This document shows, in pieces, positions 32,027 to 42,540 of a DNA stretch of 64,000 bases. The notes under the pieces are model-generated. The model was not told where the DNA came from. It did not search any database and saw only the letters and a list, made by a program, of their open reading frames with translations. Position 1 is the stretch's first letter, and the number at the start of each line of letters is the position of its first letter. Both the position numbers and the translations under genes were made by a program. This stretch comes from Solirubrobacterales bacterium. GTDB lineage: Bacteria; Actinomycetota; Thermoleophilia; Solirubrobacterales; JACPNS01. The stretch lies in the NCBI GenBank assembly GCA_049276635.1, contig JBASWU010000062.1:39464-103463 (forward strand), read 5' to 3'.

Positions 32027-32602
32027 CGCCCCGCGACCGTTCCGACGCTCTCGAGATCAATCCCGGTGCTCCCGTGATCGCGCGACGATAGCCCGAGGAC
32101 GGGAGCGATCGTCGCGGCGACCACGGTGGACGGCGCGGGAAGCCGTTGGGGCCGGCCCGTCAAGCGGACCCTCGACAAGCCGGCCCCAAAACCGGCGAAC
32201 GTCCCGTGTTGTCGCACCGTGCTCGATGCCCAAGCCCGGCCACCGGCCGTCGGTCTGACGACGCTTGCTCACCCGCGTTATGCGGAGTCGCGAGTGAGAG
32301 GTGCGAGCTGCTCGGGAGACGTCCCGTGGTTTGTTTGGTCTGTCTGCTAGCCGCCTGCGGGAACGGCTGGTTCACATCTTGCAGGATCCGACCCCCAGTT
32401 TTGAGTGAATCAAACGATCGTCTAGACCGGTCCCAGTGGGGCGAACACCCCATGCCGAGCGGGATTGCGAGATTTGATGCGGCTTTGCGAATCGGGTTGA
32501 CACGGCATTCGCGGACTGCGCCCTGGACGCGTCCATGCGGCGCGCTGGACGTTGCTATGACTCCGGGGTGTCTGCTGAGACACAGCGGGGGGTTCCACTA
32601 AA

Positions 32603-33151
32603 GTGACGCCCGTGACCGAGCACTCGCAAATCGAAGGTGTCGAGCTTCGCCGGTTGACAGTTCACGGCGACGCCCGTGGCCGAGTTTTAGAGGGATGGCG
32701 AGAGGCCTGGACGCCGTTCACGGTTCGCCAGCTGACCGAGGCGCGCGCGCAGGCCGGGGTACTGAAGGGCCTACACCTGCACTACGTCCAGTGGGACTGG
32801 TGGCGCGTCATCAGTGGCCGGATGTTGGTCGGCCTCTACGACGCGCGTCCCGACTCCGCGACGCACCGACGATCGGTCGTCTTCGAGATGAACGCCGAGT
32901 CGCCATCGGCGCTGGCAATCCCGCCCGGTGTCGCACACGGGTTTTACGCGCTCGACGACGTCGAGATGGTTTACCTGCTGTCGGAGCTCTACGACCCCGC
33001 CGACGAACACGGCATTCACTGGCAGAGCGTGGGCATCGACTGGCCGCTCGCCGGTTGGCCGATCGTCAGCGACCGCGACGTCGGACTGCCGACCGCGGAG
33101 GCATTTCAATGGGCGCCTCCGGCAGAGGCCAAACCCGAGGCGTCGCTCTGA
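32603..33151 (+). CDS. dTDP-4-dehydrorhamnose 3,5-epimerase-like cupin (RmlC family)
   Basis: 182-aa ORF with GTG start. HGDARGRVLE, GVLKGLHLH, IPPGVAHGFYAL, YDPADEHGIHW. Confidence 0.8.
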   Translation: MTPVTEHSQIEGVELRRLTVHGDARGRVLEGWREAWTPFTVRQLTEARAQAGVLKGLHLHYVQWDWWRVISGRMLVGLYDARPDSATHRRSVVFEMNAESPSALAIPPGVAHGFYALDDVEMVYLLSELYDPADEHGIHWQSVGIDWPLAGWPIVSDRDVGLPTAEAFQWAPPAEAKPEASL

Positions 33152-33666
33152 TGCCGCGCGATCGCCTGTGGGCCCCGTGGCGCATCCAGTACGTCGAGGC
33201 GCACAAGGATCCGGCCGACCCCTCCGCCGCCGGCTGCATCTTCTGCGACAAGCCCGCCGAGGAAAACGACGCCGAGAACCTGATCGTTCACCGCGGCGAA
33301 AACGCCTACGTGATTCTCAACGGATACCCGTACAACAACGGCCACGTGATGGTCGTCCCATACAAGCACCTCGCCGAGTATCACGCGCTCGAACCGGAAA
33401 CCCGCGACGAGCTCGGCGCGTTGACTGCGCTATCGCTGGAGGTGCTCGGAGCGTGTTACGACCCGGGCGGCTTCAACGTCGGCATCAACCAGGGCGCCGC
33501 CGCGGGAGCGGGAATCGCGGCGCACCTACACCAGCACATCGTCCCGCGCTGGGCCGGAGACACCAACTTTATGCCGGTCGTCGCCGATACGCGAGTGCTA
33601 CCCGAAGGCTTGGCCATGTCCTACGAAAAAATTCGCGACGGATTCGCAATGCACCACTTCGCCTGA
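33151..33666 (+). CDS. HIT-family nucleotide hydrolase/phosphorylase
   Basis: ATG at 33151 overlaps the RmlC-like stop (TGATG); 171 aa. CIFC motif, YPYNNGHVMVVP, and histidine triad AAHLHQHIVPRW. Confidence 0.85.
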   Translation: MPRDRLWAPWRIQYVEAHKDPADPSAAGCIFCDKPAEENDAENLIVHRGENAYVILNGYPYNNGHVMVVPYKHLAEYHALEPETRDELGALTALSLEVLGACYDPGGFNVGINQGAAAGAGIAAHLHQHIVPRWAGDTNFMPVVADTRVLPEGLAMSYEKIRDGFAMHHFA

Positions 33667-33785
33667 CCACCCGGCGACCGACGCCGCGCGCGGTGCACGG
33701 CGCCGGCGGGTCCGTGGCCGAGGCTCGCTGGTGCGGATAGGATTCGCGCCATCCGCTCCGGCCGGCCGGCGGCGATCGCCACCCC

Positions 33786-35186
33786 ATGACGACAAAAAAG
33801 ACTCCCCCACCGATGTTCGTCGATCAATCGATTTTCAAGGCTTACGACGTTCGCGGCACGTACCCGGACCAGATGAACGAAGACGTCGCGTATGCGATCG
33901 GCCGCGCGTTCGCCCAGTTTCTCGCGGCGGAAAACAACGTCGCGCCAAGCGAGTTGCGTATCGCCGTCGGTCGCGACATGCGCTTGAGCGCCCCGGGGAT
34001 GGCCGCGCGTTACCGCGACGGAATCACCGATCAAGGGGCGAACGTCCTCGACATCGGACAGGTCGGCACCGAGATTCTGTACTGGATCGTCAACCATCGA
34101 AAGCTCGACGGCGGCGCGATGATCACGGCGAGCCACAATCCGGCCGCCTACACCGGCGCCAAACTTGTGCGCCGTAGGGCGCTGCCGCTCAGCGGTGACA
34201 GCGGGATCGGTGAGATACGCGACATGGTCGTCGCCAATGCCTTCGGCGATCCCGCCCCGACGCCCGGCGCCGTCAGCGAAGACGACGTCGTTGCCGAGTT
34301 CCAGGCCCACGCGCTCAGTTTCATCAACCCCGAAGCGATCAAGCCGGTCAAGGTCGTCGGCGACGGCGGGAACGGCATGGCCGGCCCGATGGTCGGTCCC
34401 GTGATCGACGAGCTTCCGGTCGTCGACCTGCAGACCTACTACTGGACGCCCGACGGTCGCTTTCCCGACCACGAGCCCAACCCACTGCTTCCCGAGAACC
34501 GCGAGTTCATCATCGAGAAGGTCAAAGAGACCGGCGCCCAGCTCGGCATCGCATGGGACGGCGACGCCGACCGCTGTTTCTTCATCGACGACGACGGCCA
34601 GTTCGTCGACGGCGACTTTCTCACCGCGCTGCTGGCCGAGTCGATACTTCGCAAGCACCCGGGAGAGACGATCCTCTACGACGTGCGCGCCAGCCGCGCC
34701 GTCGCCGATACCGTCGGCGCGGCCGGCGGGCACGCGCTGGTCAACCGCGTCGGTCACGCGTTTTTCAAGGCGCGGATGCACGAGACCGGAGCGATCTTCG
34801 GCGGCGAGGTCAGCGGCCACTACTACTTTCGCGATTTCGGCTGCATCGACAGCGGGACGCTACCGGCGCTGTTGATCCTCGAGCTGACGTCTGAACTCGG
34901 CCAGACGCTCGGTCAACTGGTCGCCCGGTACCGCTCAAAATACTTCATCACCGGTGAGATCAATTCGACCGTCGGCGACGCCCCGACGGTCCTCGCCGAG
35001 ATCGAACGCCGCTACGGCGACGGCGAGATCATGAAACTCGACGGCATCAACGTCGACTACCCGGACTGGCACTTCAACGTGCGCTCCAGTAACACAGAAC
35101 CGCTGCTGCGGCTGAATCTCGAGGCGTTCAGCCGCCGCGAGATGGAAACCCGCCGCGACGAACTGCTCGAACTGATTCGCGGCTAG
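33786..35186 (+). CDS. phosphomannomutase/phosphoglucomutase
   Basis: 466-aa ORF. FKAYDVRGTYPDQ, active-site ITASHNPAAYTGAK, metal loop AWDGDADRCFFID, GGEVSGHYYF. Confidence 0.9.
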   Translation: MTTKKTPPPMFVDQSIFKAYDVRGTYPDQMNEDVAYAIGRAFAQFLAAENNVAPSELRIAVGRDMRLSAPGMAARYRDGITDQGANVLDIGQVGTEILYWIVNHRKLDGGAMITASHNPAAYTGAKLVRRRALPLSGDSGIGEIRDMVVANAFGDPAPTPGAVSEDDVVAEFQAHALSFINPEAIKPVKVVGDGGNGMAGPMVGPVIDELPVVDLQTYYWTPDGRFPDHEPNPLLPENREFIIEKVKETGAQLGIAWDGDADRCFFIDDDGQFVDGDFLTALLAESILRKHPGETILYDVRASRAVADTVGAAGGHALVNRVGHAFFKARMHETGAIFGGEVSGHYYFRDFGCIDSGTLPALLILELTSELGQTLGQLVARYRSKYFITGEINSTVGDAPTVLAEIERRYGDGEIMKLDGINVDYPDWHFNVRSSNTEPLLRLNLEAFSRREMETRRDELLELIRG

Positions 35187-35228
35187 AGCCGAGCCACCCC
35201 ACCCCACTCACATTGGAATCCCGTTGCC

Positions 35229-36248
35229 ATGATCGACCGCACAACACCTGAAAACGCTCCGCTGTTCGCTCGCATGGCGAGCGAGAACATTCACATGTTC
35301 GAGGTCCCGACCCCGTTTGCCGTCGGCCCTGTCAACAGCTACCTGATCGACGACGATCCGCTGACGATCGTCGACCCTGGGCCTAACAGCGGCGACGCCT
35401 TCGGCGCCCTCGAGAGCGGCTTGAAGTCGGTCAAACGCCGGCTCGCCGACATCGAACAGATCATCATCACCCATCAACACATCGACCATCTCGGACTGGT
35501 GGAGCTGGTTCAGAACCGCTCCGGCGCACAGGTGACATGTCTGGATCGCTGCGTCCCGTGGATGGAAAACTTTCATGAGGAAGCCGCGGCCAACGACCGA
35601 TGGGCGAGCGAGACGATGAAGCTGCATGGTGTTCCCGAGGAGGTCGGAATCGCGCTTCGCGCCGTGGCGAAGGCCTTCCGCGGCTGGGGCTCCGAAGCCA
35701 AGGTCGATCGCGTGCTGCGCGAGGGCGACGTGATCGAGTTCCGCGACCGCAAGCTCGACGTCTATTACCGGCCGGGGCATTCGATCAGCGACACAGTCTT
35801 CTGGAACGCCGAAACCCAGACGCTACTGGCCGCCGATCACCTGATCAAGCGAATCTCCTCGAATCCGCTGCTCGAGAAGCCGCTCAAGGAGGGCGACCCG
35901 CGGCCCCAGGAGCTGGTCGTGTACATCGAATCGCTCAAGCAAACACGTGCGATGCCGGCTTCGCTGGTGCTCAGCGGCCACGGCGAGCCGATCTCCGACC
36001 ACGTGTCGCTGATCGACGAGCGCTTCGCGATGACCGAGACCCGCGTCGAGAAGCTCCACGCCATGCTCAGAGAAGGCGGACCGCAGACTGCGTACGATCT
36101 GGCGCGCGGAACCTGGGGCAACATCGCCGTTACGCAGGCCTATCTGACGCTCAGCGAGGTGCTCGGAAATCTCGATATCCTCGAAAACGACGGTCGCGTC
36201 AATCCCGTCGAGAGCGACGGAAGCGTCAAGTACGAAGCCATCGCGTAA
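35229..36248 (+). CDS. MBL-fold metallo-hydrolase
   Basis: 339-aa ORF with ITHQHIDHLG (HxHxDH) and later GHSISD and SGHGEP metal ligands. Confidence 0.8.
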   Translation: MIDRTTPENAPLFARMASENIHMFEVPTPFAVGPVNSYLIDDDPLTIVDPGPNSGDAFGALESGLKSVKRRLADIEQIIITHQHIDHLGLVELVQNRSGAQVTCLDRCVPWMENFHEEAAANDRWASETMKLHGVPEEVGIALRAVAKAFRGWGSEAKVDRVLREGDVIEFRDRKLDVYYRPGHSISDTVFWNAETQTLLAADHLIKRISSNPLLEKPLKEGDPRPQELVVYIESLKQTRAMPASLVLSGHGEPISDHVSLIDERFAMTETRVEKLHAMLREGGPQTAYDLARGTWGNIAVTQAYLTLSEVLGNLDILENDGRVNPVESDGSVKYEAIA

Positions 36249-36314
36249 CCGCGTGTCCGCGCGTGGTGTTGATCGATCTATGAACGACTCGCCCGTGGGG
36301 CCGGGTTTTCGCCT

Positions 36315-37331
36315 GTGAGATTATTCGGACGCCGCCGCACCCGCGGCATGACCAAGCTGAGCGTCGATAAGCCCGGGCCGAAGCGCCGAATGCTGCTGGT
36401 CGTCAACCCCTACGCGACGACGGTCTCGGACCGGCTGAAGAATGTCGTGATCTACGCGTTGCAGTCGCGCTACGAGATCACCGCGATCGACACCCGCGAA
36501 CGCAATCACGCGACCGAGATCGTGCAAAACGCGCTGCGGCAGGACTTCGACCTGGTCTGCGCCTTCGGCGGCGACGGAACGGCGAACGAGGTCGTCAACG
36601 GCCTAATGGCGCGCGAAAACGGCGGCGAACTGCCGTTCACGTTCCTGCCCGGAGGACTTACCAACGTGATCGGCCGGATCCTCGGGATCCCGGACGACAT
36701 CGTCGACGCGACCGAGCACCTGCTCTCACTCGCCGACAGCTTCGAGCCCCGCAAGGTCGATCTCGGCGAGGCGAACGGCCGCGCGTTCCTCTTCGCCGCC
36801 GGCGCCGGCCTCGACGCCGAGATCGTCAAACGCTGCGAGGCACGGCCCGGGCTCAAAAAGACCTTCGGCCAGAACTGGTACCTCTGGACCGCGATCGTGA
36901 CCTTCCTCGGCGGACATCTACTGCGCAGGCCGCGCCTGAAGATCGAGTCGCGGGGCCCCGACGATCTCAACCTAAGCACGACCGGAATCGTCGCGATCGC
37001 ACAGAACGCACGACCGTTCACCTACTTTGGAACACGCGAGATCGACCTCGCCCCGACCGCTGGGCTGGAAAACCGATCGCTTTCACTGACCGTGCTCGAC
37101 CGCGCAAACCCGCTCGATTTTGCGCCGCTGGTAACTCGCCTGTTGTCCGAGAAGCTCGCGGTCTCCGACAACCGGCACATCAAGATCGACGGGGATTTCG
37201 CCATGGCGACCGTCCGCCCACGCAGAGACGGCGGCCCCAAGGTTCCCTTGCAGGTCGACGGCGACTACATCGGCGAGTTCGACGAAGTGCGGTTTCGCGC
37301 CCTGCCGGCCGCGCTGACCGTCATCGCCTAG
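36315..37331 (+). CDS. diacylglycerol-kinase-family lipid kinase (YegS/DagK-like)
   Basis: 338-aa ORF. LLVVNPYATT and FGGDGTANEVVNGL, typical of the DAGK catalytic domain. Confidence 0.85.
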   Translation: MRLFGRRRTRGMTKLSVDKPGPKRRMLLVVNPYATTVSDRLKNVVIYALQSRYEITAIDTRERNHATEIVQNALRQDFDLVCAFGGDGTANEVVNGLMARENGGELPFTFLPGGLTNVIGRILGIPDDIVDATEHLLSLADSFEPRKVDLGEANGRAFLFAAGAGLDAEIVKRCEARPGLKKTFGQNWYLWTAIVTFLGGHLLRRPRLKIESRGPDDLNLSTTGIVAIAQNARPFTYFGTREIDLAPTAGLENRSLSLTVLDRANPLDFAPLVTRLLSEKLAVSDNRHIKIDGDFAMATVRPRRDGGPKVPLQVDGDYIGEFDEVRFRALPAALTVIA

Positions 37332-37462
37332 TTGCTCGTCGCATGGATCCGTCGAGCGTCTCGGCAACGCCGAGGGGCGGTATTGGGCCGGTCACCCTCC
37401 GCGGGAATCTCGCGGCGCGGCCTGGACGGGCCCCGTCAACCTCCCCGAGGAGCACCGGGGTG

Positions 37463-39973
37463 CTAGCTGCCGGGCGTCACGCGATAGGCGTCGAACACGC
37501 TCTCGACCTGTCGCACGCGCGACACACAGGTTTTGAGGGTTCCGGCATCGGGAACCTCCACGACGAAGCGATCCCGCACCATCGGGGGATTGGTCACACA
37601 CCGCGCCTCGATTATGTTGACTCCCGCTTCGGAAAAGGCACGGGATAGATCTTCGAGCAGGCGGGGCCGGTCCCACGCCGACACTTCGAGTTCGGCGCGG
37701 AACGACGCGCTGTTGGCCCCCTCCCAGTCAACGGTCACGAAACGCTCGGGGTTCTTGCTCAACTGCACCGCGTTGGGGCAGTCCTTGCGATGGACCGTGA
37801 TTCCACGGCCGAGCGACACGTACCCGACGATCGGATCGCCGGCCACCGGCCGGCAGCACTTGGCCATGCGGATCATCACGTCGGTCTGGCCGTCGACGGT
37901 GATACCGAAGGTGCTCGACGTGACAACCGTGCGCGGGGCGTTGTCGCGCTTGTCCGGCAGTGGCGCCTCCTCGACGGCCGCTTCGCCGGCCTTGAGGCGG
38001 TTCATCACTTTCTCGACGACCATCTCCGAGCGGATCTTGCCGCTGCCTATCGCGACGTAAAACTCCTCGGTCTTGCGGAAGCCGACCTCGCGCATAACCT
38101 CGGCGAGCATCTCCGAACCGGTGATTTTCTGTGCCGGCAGGCCTTTTTTACGCAGTCCCTCCTGCAGCAGGTCGCGGCCGCGGTGTTCGGAGCCCTCGCG
38201 TTGTTCTCGCTTGAGGAAGGCGCGAATCTTGTTGCGAGCGCGCGTCGTCTTGACCAGCGCCAGCCAGTCGCGAGAGGGGCCGCGCTCGTGTTTGGAGGTG
38301 AGGATCTCAACGATGTCGCCGCTGGCGAGCTTGTAGTGCAATGGCACGATCTTGCCGTTGATCTTGGCGCCGACACAGCGGTGGCCGACGTCGGTGTGGA
38401 CCTCATAGGCGAAGTCCAGCGGCGTCGAACCAACCGCCAGGGACTTGACCTCGCCCTTGGGGGTGAAGACGAAGACATCGTCGTCGAACAGGTCGATCTT
38501 GAGATTCTTGACGAATTCCTCGCCGCCATCGCCCGCGGACGGGTCGCCGACAAGCCGCTGCACCCACTCCATGTTGTCACTGGCGTACTGACGGGCTTTG
38601 TCCGGATCGCCACCGGTCACGCTACGGTTTTTGTAGGCCCAGTGCGCGGCGATTCCGTACTCGGCGATGTCGTGCATCTCGCGCGTGCGAATTTGAATCT
38701 CCAGCGGCCGGCCCTCCGGCCCGATCACCGTCGTGTGCAGGGCCTGATACATGTTCGTCTTTGGCATCGCGATGAAATCCTTGAAGCGTCCCGGGAGCGG
38801 CTTCCAGATGCTGTGGACGATTCCGACCGCGCCGTAACAGTCCTTGACCGAGTCGACGATCACGCGCATCGCCGTGAGGTCGAAGATCTCGTTGAACTCG
38901 CGGCCCTTCTTGGTCATCTTCACGTAGATCGAGTAAAAATGCTTGGCGCGCCCGGTGATCATCGCCGTGATCCCGCTGTCGGCGAGCTGGCCCGAGAGGT
39001 AGTCGCCGGCCTCTGTCACATAGTCCTCGCGGTCATCGCGCTGCTGGCTGACCAGCGCCCGGATCTCGGCGTACTTGCGCGGGTGCAAGGTCGCGAACGC
39101 CAGATCCTCGAGTTCCCACTTGATCGCATGAATACCCAGGCGATGGGCGAGCGGGGCAAAAATGTCGAGTGTCTCACGAGACTTTTCGATCTGTTTTTGC
39201 TTGGGCATCGCACCGATCGTGCGCATGTTGTGCAGGCGGTCGGCGAGCTTGATCAGAATCACGCGGATGTCGCTCGCCATCGCGACCATCATCTTGCGGT
39301 AGTTCTCGGCCTGAGCCTCATCGCGGCTCTGGAAGGTGATCCCGGTGAGCTTGGTGACCCCGTCGACCAGACCGGCGATCTCATCGCCGAATTTCTGCTC
39401 GATCTCGGCAAGCGTGGCCGATGTGTCCTCAACGGTGTCGTGCAGCAGCGCGGCGCACAACGTCGCGGTGTCGAGCCGCATGCCAACGCAGATTTTGGCG
39501 ACCTCGACCGGATGTACGACAAACTCCTCGCCGGTGCGACGGACCTGGTCGACGTGGCTTCCGGCGGCAAACTCAAAGGCACGGTGAACGACATCGATGT
39601 CGATCGGCTCGGTGGTGTCGCCGGCGTGCTCCTCGATGACCGCGAGCAGCTCGCCGAACTTGGCCTGGGTGTCGGCGGCGACCGCGGGGTAAGGCGTGGT
39701 GCTGACCGCGGCGCCCTCTGAGTTGCGCGCGGCCATATCGCCGTCGCCCGCACCCCGGTCTGCAACGGCGGAATTGACGTCCCCGCCGCCGGCATCTGTC
39801 GTCGGCACCGGCGCTGCGGCCGCGTCGCCGACGGCGACCGCGTCATCCGAGGCGCTTGCGACGTCGTTCGGGCCGATCGCCGCGGAGCCGCGCAGGCGCA
39901 GGCCGTCGTGGTCGCTCCGTGGCGAACGCGTCGTCAGCCGCCCGGGCTGTCTGCTGTCAGTTGGTTGAGCCAT
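37463..39973 (-). CDS. relA: bifunctional (p)ppGpp synthetase/hydrolase RelA/SpoT homolog
   Basis: 836-aa ORF. HD hydrolase (FVVHPVEVAKI, LHDTVEDT), synthetase (YSIYVKMTKK, HTTVIGPEGRPLEIQIRT), and TGS and ACT regions. The start is ambiguous: ATG 39973 overlaps the recJ 3' end by 40 nt, and in-frame ATG 39736 is an alternative. Confidence 0.93.
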   Translation of the reverse strand: MAQPTDSRQPGRLTTRSPRSDHDGLRLRGSAAIGPNDVASASDDAVAVGDAAAAPVPTTDAGGGDVNSAVADRGAGDGDMAARNSEGAAVSTTPYPAVAADTQAKFGELLAVIEEHAGDTTEPIDIDVVHRAFEFAAGSHVDQVRRTGEEFVVHPVEVAKICVGMRLDTATLCAALLHDTVEDTSATLAEIEQKFGDEIAGLVDGVTKLTGITFQSRDEAQAENYRKMMVAMASDIRVILIKLADRLHNMRTIGAMPKQKQIEKSRETLDIFAPLAHRLGIHAIKWELEDLAFATLHPRKYAEIRALVSQQRDDREDYVTEAGDYLSGQLADSGITAMITGRAKHFYSIYVKMTKKGREFNEIFDLTAMRVIVDSVKDCYGAVGIVHSIWKPLPGRFKDFIAMPKTNMYQALHTTVIGPEGRPLEIQIRTREMHDIAEYGIAAHWAYKNRSVTGGDPDKARQYASDNMEWVQRLVGDPSAGDGGEEFVKNLKIDLFDDDVFVFTPKGEVKSLAVGSTPLDFAYEVHTDVGHRCVGAKINGKIVPLHYKLASGDIVEILTSKHERGPSRDWLALVKTTRARNKIRAFLKREQREGSEHRGRDLLQEGLRKKGLPAQKITGSEMLAEVMREVGFRKTEEFYVAIGSGKIRSEMVVEKVMNRLKAGEAAVEEAPLPDKRDNAPRTVVTSSTFGITVDGQTDVMIRMAKCCRPVAGDPIVGYVSLGRGITVHRKDCPNAVQLSKNPERFVTVDWEGANSASFRAELEVSAWDRPRLLEDLSRAFSEAGVNIIEARCVTNPPMVRDRFVVEVPDAGTLKTCVSRVRQVESVFDAYRVTPGS

Positions 39974-42408
39974 CGTTGCGATTGGGCCTTCAGTTCACTA
40001 TAGGATCGGAACGTCTCGGAGCGATCCAACTCGGTGCGCCGTTGGTTGACGATCGAGATTGATTTGACCGTTTCGCCGGCTCTGACGACCCGAACCACCT
40101 CAACTTCGACCAGCGTGCGGACCGCTAGCGCGGCGATCCGCGCCGACGGTGTCACCGCGCGTAAAAGCGGCGTGAGCGTGCCGATCGACTCGTCGGAGGC
40201 GCTCCTTAGCGCTTTGAAGACGGCCACAACATGGGCGCGATCGAGAAACATGTCCGTCGCTCGGGCGGTAACCGACCGGAGCGTCGAGTCATTCCAGGCG
40301 AGCGTCGTGCGCGTCGCGCCGGCGGCGACCATTCCCGGCGCCAGCGGCGGTTCGGCGAGGACGGCGTGTTCGACCGGATCGCCGTCGGCGACTCCGAAGG
40401 CGACCGGTTCGATCCGCGCGAGCCGCGGGTCGATCGCCGCGATCGCGGCCATGCGCTCGCGCCAGAGTTCCGGTTCGTTGACATATACCACGATCGCTTC
40501 CGGCTGCTCCGCGAGTTCGGCTATGGTCGCCAGCGGCGTGTCGAATCTGCGATCGACGCCGGCGGCAGCATCGTGCTCGCCGCTCGCGAGCGCGATCGGC
40601 GGTGCGTCAAGCGCAGCCTGAAACGCGTCGAGCCAGTCACCGGCGGGCGGATCGCCGATCGCGACCTCGGCATGCGCGACCATGCGCGCCTGAGCCTCGA
40701 CCGTGCCGCGGAACTCATTCGGTTTGAGCTTGACGACGATGTTGCTCAGCGGCGCGTCGGCTCCGTGAGCGACGACGCGATCCCAGCCGAACGCGACCAC
40801 GCCGACGCGACCGCCGAAGCCGACGACGCCGAGTCGCAGATGCTGGCCACGATCGCCCATCCTCTTGATATCGGCGACGCTGACCGCCGGGACGAGGATC
40901 GCCGGTTCCGGGTTGCCCATGCCGAACGGGCCGAGTGCGGCGAGCGCTTCGGCGGTGGCGAGCGTGAGCTGGCCGGGGTCTGCGATCGCGTCGACGCGCA
41001 CTCGCGGTCGGAGGTCGTCGATCGTGAGCACCGTAGCGGCGTGGGCGCGAAACTCGTCTGCGAACGCCGCAAGCGCGGACGCCTCCAGTTCAAGCCCGGC
41101 CGCGGCTTTGTGTCCGCCGTAGCGGGTCAGATGGGTCGCGCACGCCCCGAGACCGGCGAGCAGGTCGTAGACACCGCCGCCGCGCCCGGAGCCGGCGGCC
41201 ACCCCTTGCTCGATGTTCAGCGCTATGCACGGGCGACGAAAGCGTTCGGCAATCCTGCCGGCGACGATGCCCAGTACGCCGGGATGCCAACCCTCGCCGG
41301 AGACGACTATCGCGAAGCGGTCGCGTTGCTCGCGGGCCTGAGTCTCGGCGGCGAAGAGGATCGACTGCTCGATCTCCCGGCGGCGCGCGTTCGCGGCGTT
41401 GAGCCCCGTGGCCAACTCGGCGGCCCGGGCCGTGTCGGTCGTGAGCATCAGTTCGACCGCCGGTTCGGCGCTGAACATGCGACCGGCCGCGTTGATCCGT
41501 GGCCCGAGCCTAAATCCAAAGGTCGCCGCGTCGATCGTGAGCTGGTCGACCCCGGCCGCCCTGATCAGTTCGCGCAGTCCCGGCCGCAGCGAAGATCGCA
41601 TCGCGGCGATACCGCGTTTGACGAGTGCGCGGTTTTCGCCGCGCAAAGCCACAACGTCGCACACCGTCGCCAATCCGACGAGTTCGATCTCGTCATCGAT
41701 AATCGCCGGGTCGCGTTCGAGTTCGGCGACCAGCAACTGGCAGAGCTTGAAGGTGGCCGCGGCGGCAGACAGCTCCGGACACCGGTAGTCGCCAAGCGCC
41801 GGGTGAACGATCGGCACATCCGGGAGTCGCTCGCCGGGTGCGTGGTGATCGCAGATCACGACACCGACCCCCAGCGCACGGGCATGTTCGATCTCGGAAA
41901 TCGCGGTAATTCCACAGTCCACGGCAACGATCAAACGGACGTCGTCGCCGGCGAGCCGCTCGATCGCGGTGCGCGAGAGCCCGTAACCGTCGTCGAATCG
42001 ACTCGGTACATGCCAGGTTACGTCGGCGCCGAGGCGGGTCAGGGTTCGCACCAGGATCGCGGTCGAACAGACGCCGTCGACGTCGTAATCGCCGTGCACG
42101 GCTATCCGGTCACCGGCCGTGACGTGAGTCGCGATCACGCGGCATGCCGCCGCCGCGCCGGGCAGCGCCGCGGGATCCTCGAGCCGGTCGGCCTCAATGA
42201 ACTCACGGGCCAGGCGCGGCTCGCCGATGCCCCGTCTTACGAGAGTCTGCGCGACCAAGGGATCCAGCCCGAGCTGTTCCCGGAGCGCGACGACGGCGTC
42301 GGAGTCGCACGGGGCAAGCTCGATGCGCGGCTCGCCGGGAGCGATGTCGTCAGGCAGCGGAGGCACGTCGGCCGACGCGATTACGACCTGTTCCTCGACG
42401 AGAGCCAT
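39934..42408 (-). CDS. recJ: single-stranded-DNA-specific exonuclease RecJ (long form)
   Basis: 824-aa ORF. DHH motifs IAVHGDYDVDGVCS, VAVDCGITA, VVICDHH; DHHA1 region GGHKAAAGLEL. About 250 extra C-terminal residues. Confidence 0.88.
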   Translation of the reverse strand: MALVEEQVVIASADVPPLPDDIAPGEPRIELAPCDSDAVVALREQLGLDPLVAQTLVRRGIGEPRLAREFIEADRLEDPAALPGAAAACRVIATHVTAGDRIAVHGDYDVDGVCSTAILVRTLTRLGADVTWHVPSRFDDGYGLSRTAIERLAGDDVRLIVAVDCGITAISEIEHARALGVGVVICDHHAPGERLPDVPIVHPALGDYRCPELSAAAATFKLCQLLVAELERDPAIIDDEIELVGLATVCDVVALRGENRALVKRGIAAMRSSLRPGLRELIRAAGVDQLTIDAATFGFRLGPRINAAGRMFSAEPAVELMLTTDTARAAELATGLNAANARRREIEQSILFAAETQAREQRDRFAIVVSGEGWHPGVLGIVAGRIAERFRRPCIALNIEQGVAAGSGRGGGVYDLLAGLGACATHLTRYGGHKAAAGLELEASALAAFADEFRAHAATVLTIDDLRPRVRVDAIADPGQLTLATAEALAALGPFGMGNPEPAILVPAVSVADIKRMGDRGQHLRLGVVGFGGRVGVVAFGWDRVVAHGADAPLSNIVVKLKPNEFRGTVEAQARMVAHAEVAIGDPPAGDWLDAFQAALDAPPIALASGEHDAAAGVDRRFDTPLATIAELAEQPEAIVVYVNEPELWRERMAAIAAIDPRLARIEPVAFGVADGDPVEHAVLAEPPLAPGMVAAGATRTTLAWNDSTLRSVTARATDMFLDRAHVVAVFKALRSASDESIGTLTPLLRAVTPSARIAALAVRTLVEVEVVRVVRAGETVKSISIVNQRRTELDRSETFRSYSELKAQSQRWLNQLTADSPGG

Positions 42409-42540
42409 GGAGGCAGCCTACGCGTCCGACGGGTCAGAATCACGCCGCCGGGCGTCGCGGCCACGCAGCGGTCAACCGTGGAACGCCGCGCGAGGATCAC
42501 TCGCGATCACGGCCGGTCCAGGTCGCCTCGGCACCGCCCG

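Noticed and set aside
32146-32601. 151-aa ORF filling the corA/rmlC-like intergenic region
   Set aside because: Implausible composition (Arg/Pro/Cys-rich, no hydrophobic core pattern), no recognisable motif, and no RBS. The region was kept as an unexplained non-coding region instead.
36260-36276. Extra copy of the CGCGTGGTGT repeat core (also the reverse complement at 11641 inside carA), suggesting a dispersed motif related to the 51262-51346 array
   Set aside because: For this base composition a 9-mer like CGCGTGGTG is expected about once or twice by chance in 64 kb on both strands. The flanks match the 17-mer consensus only loosely.
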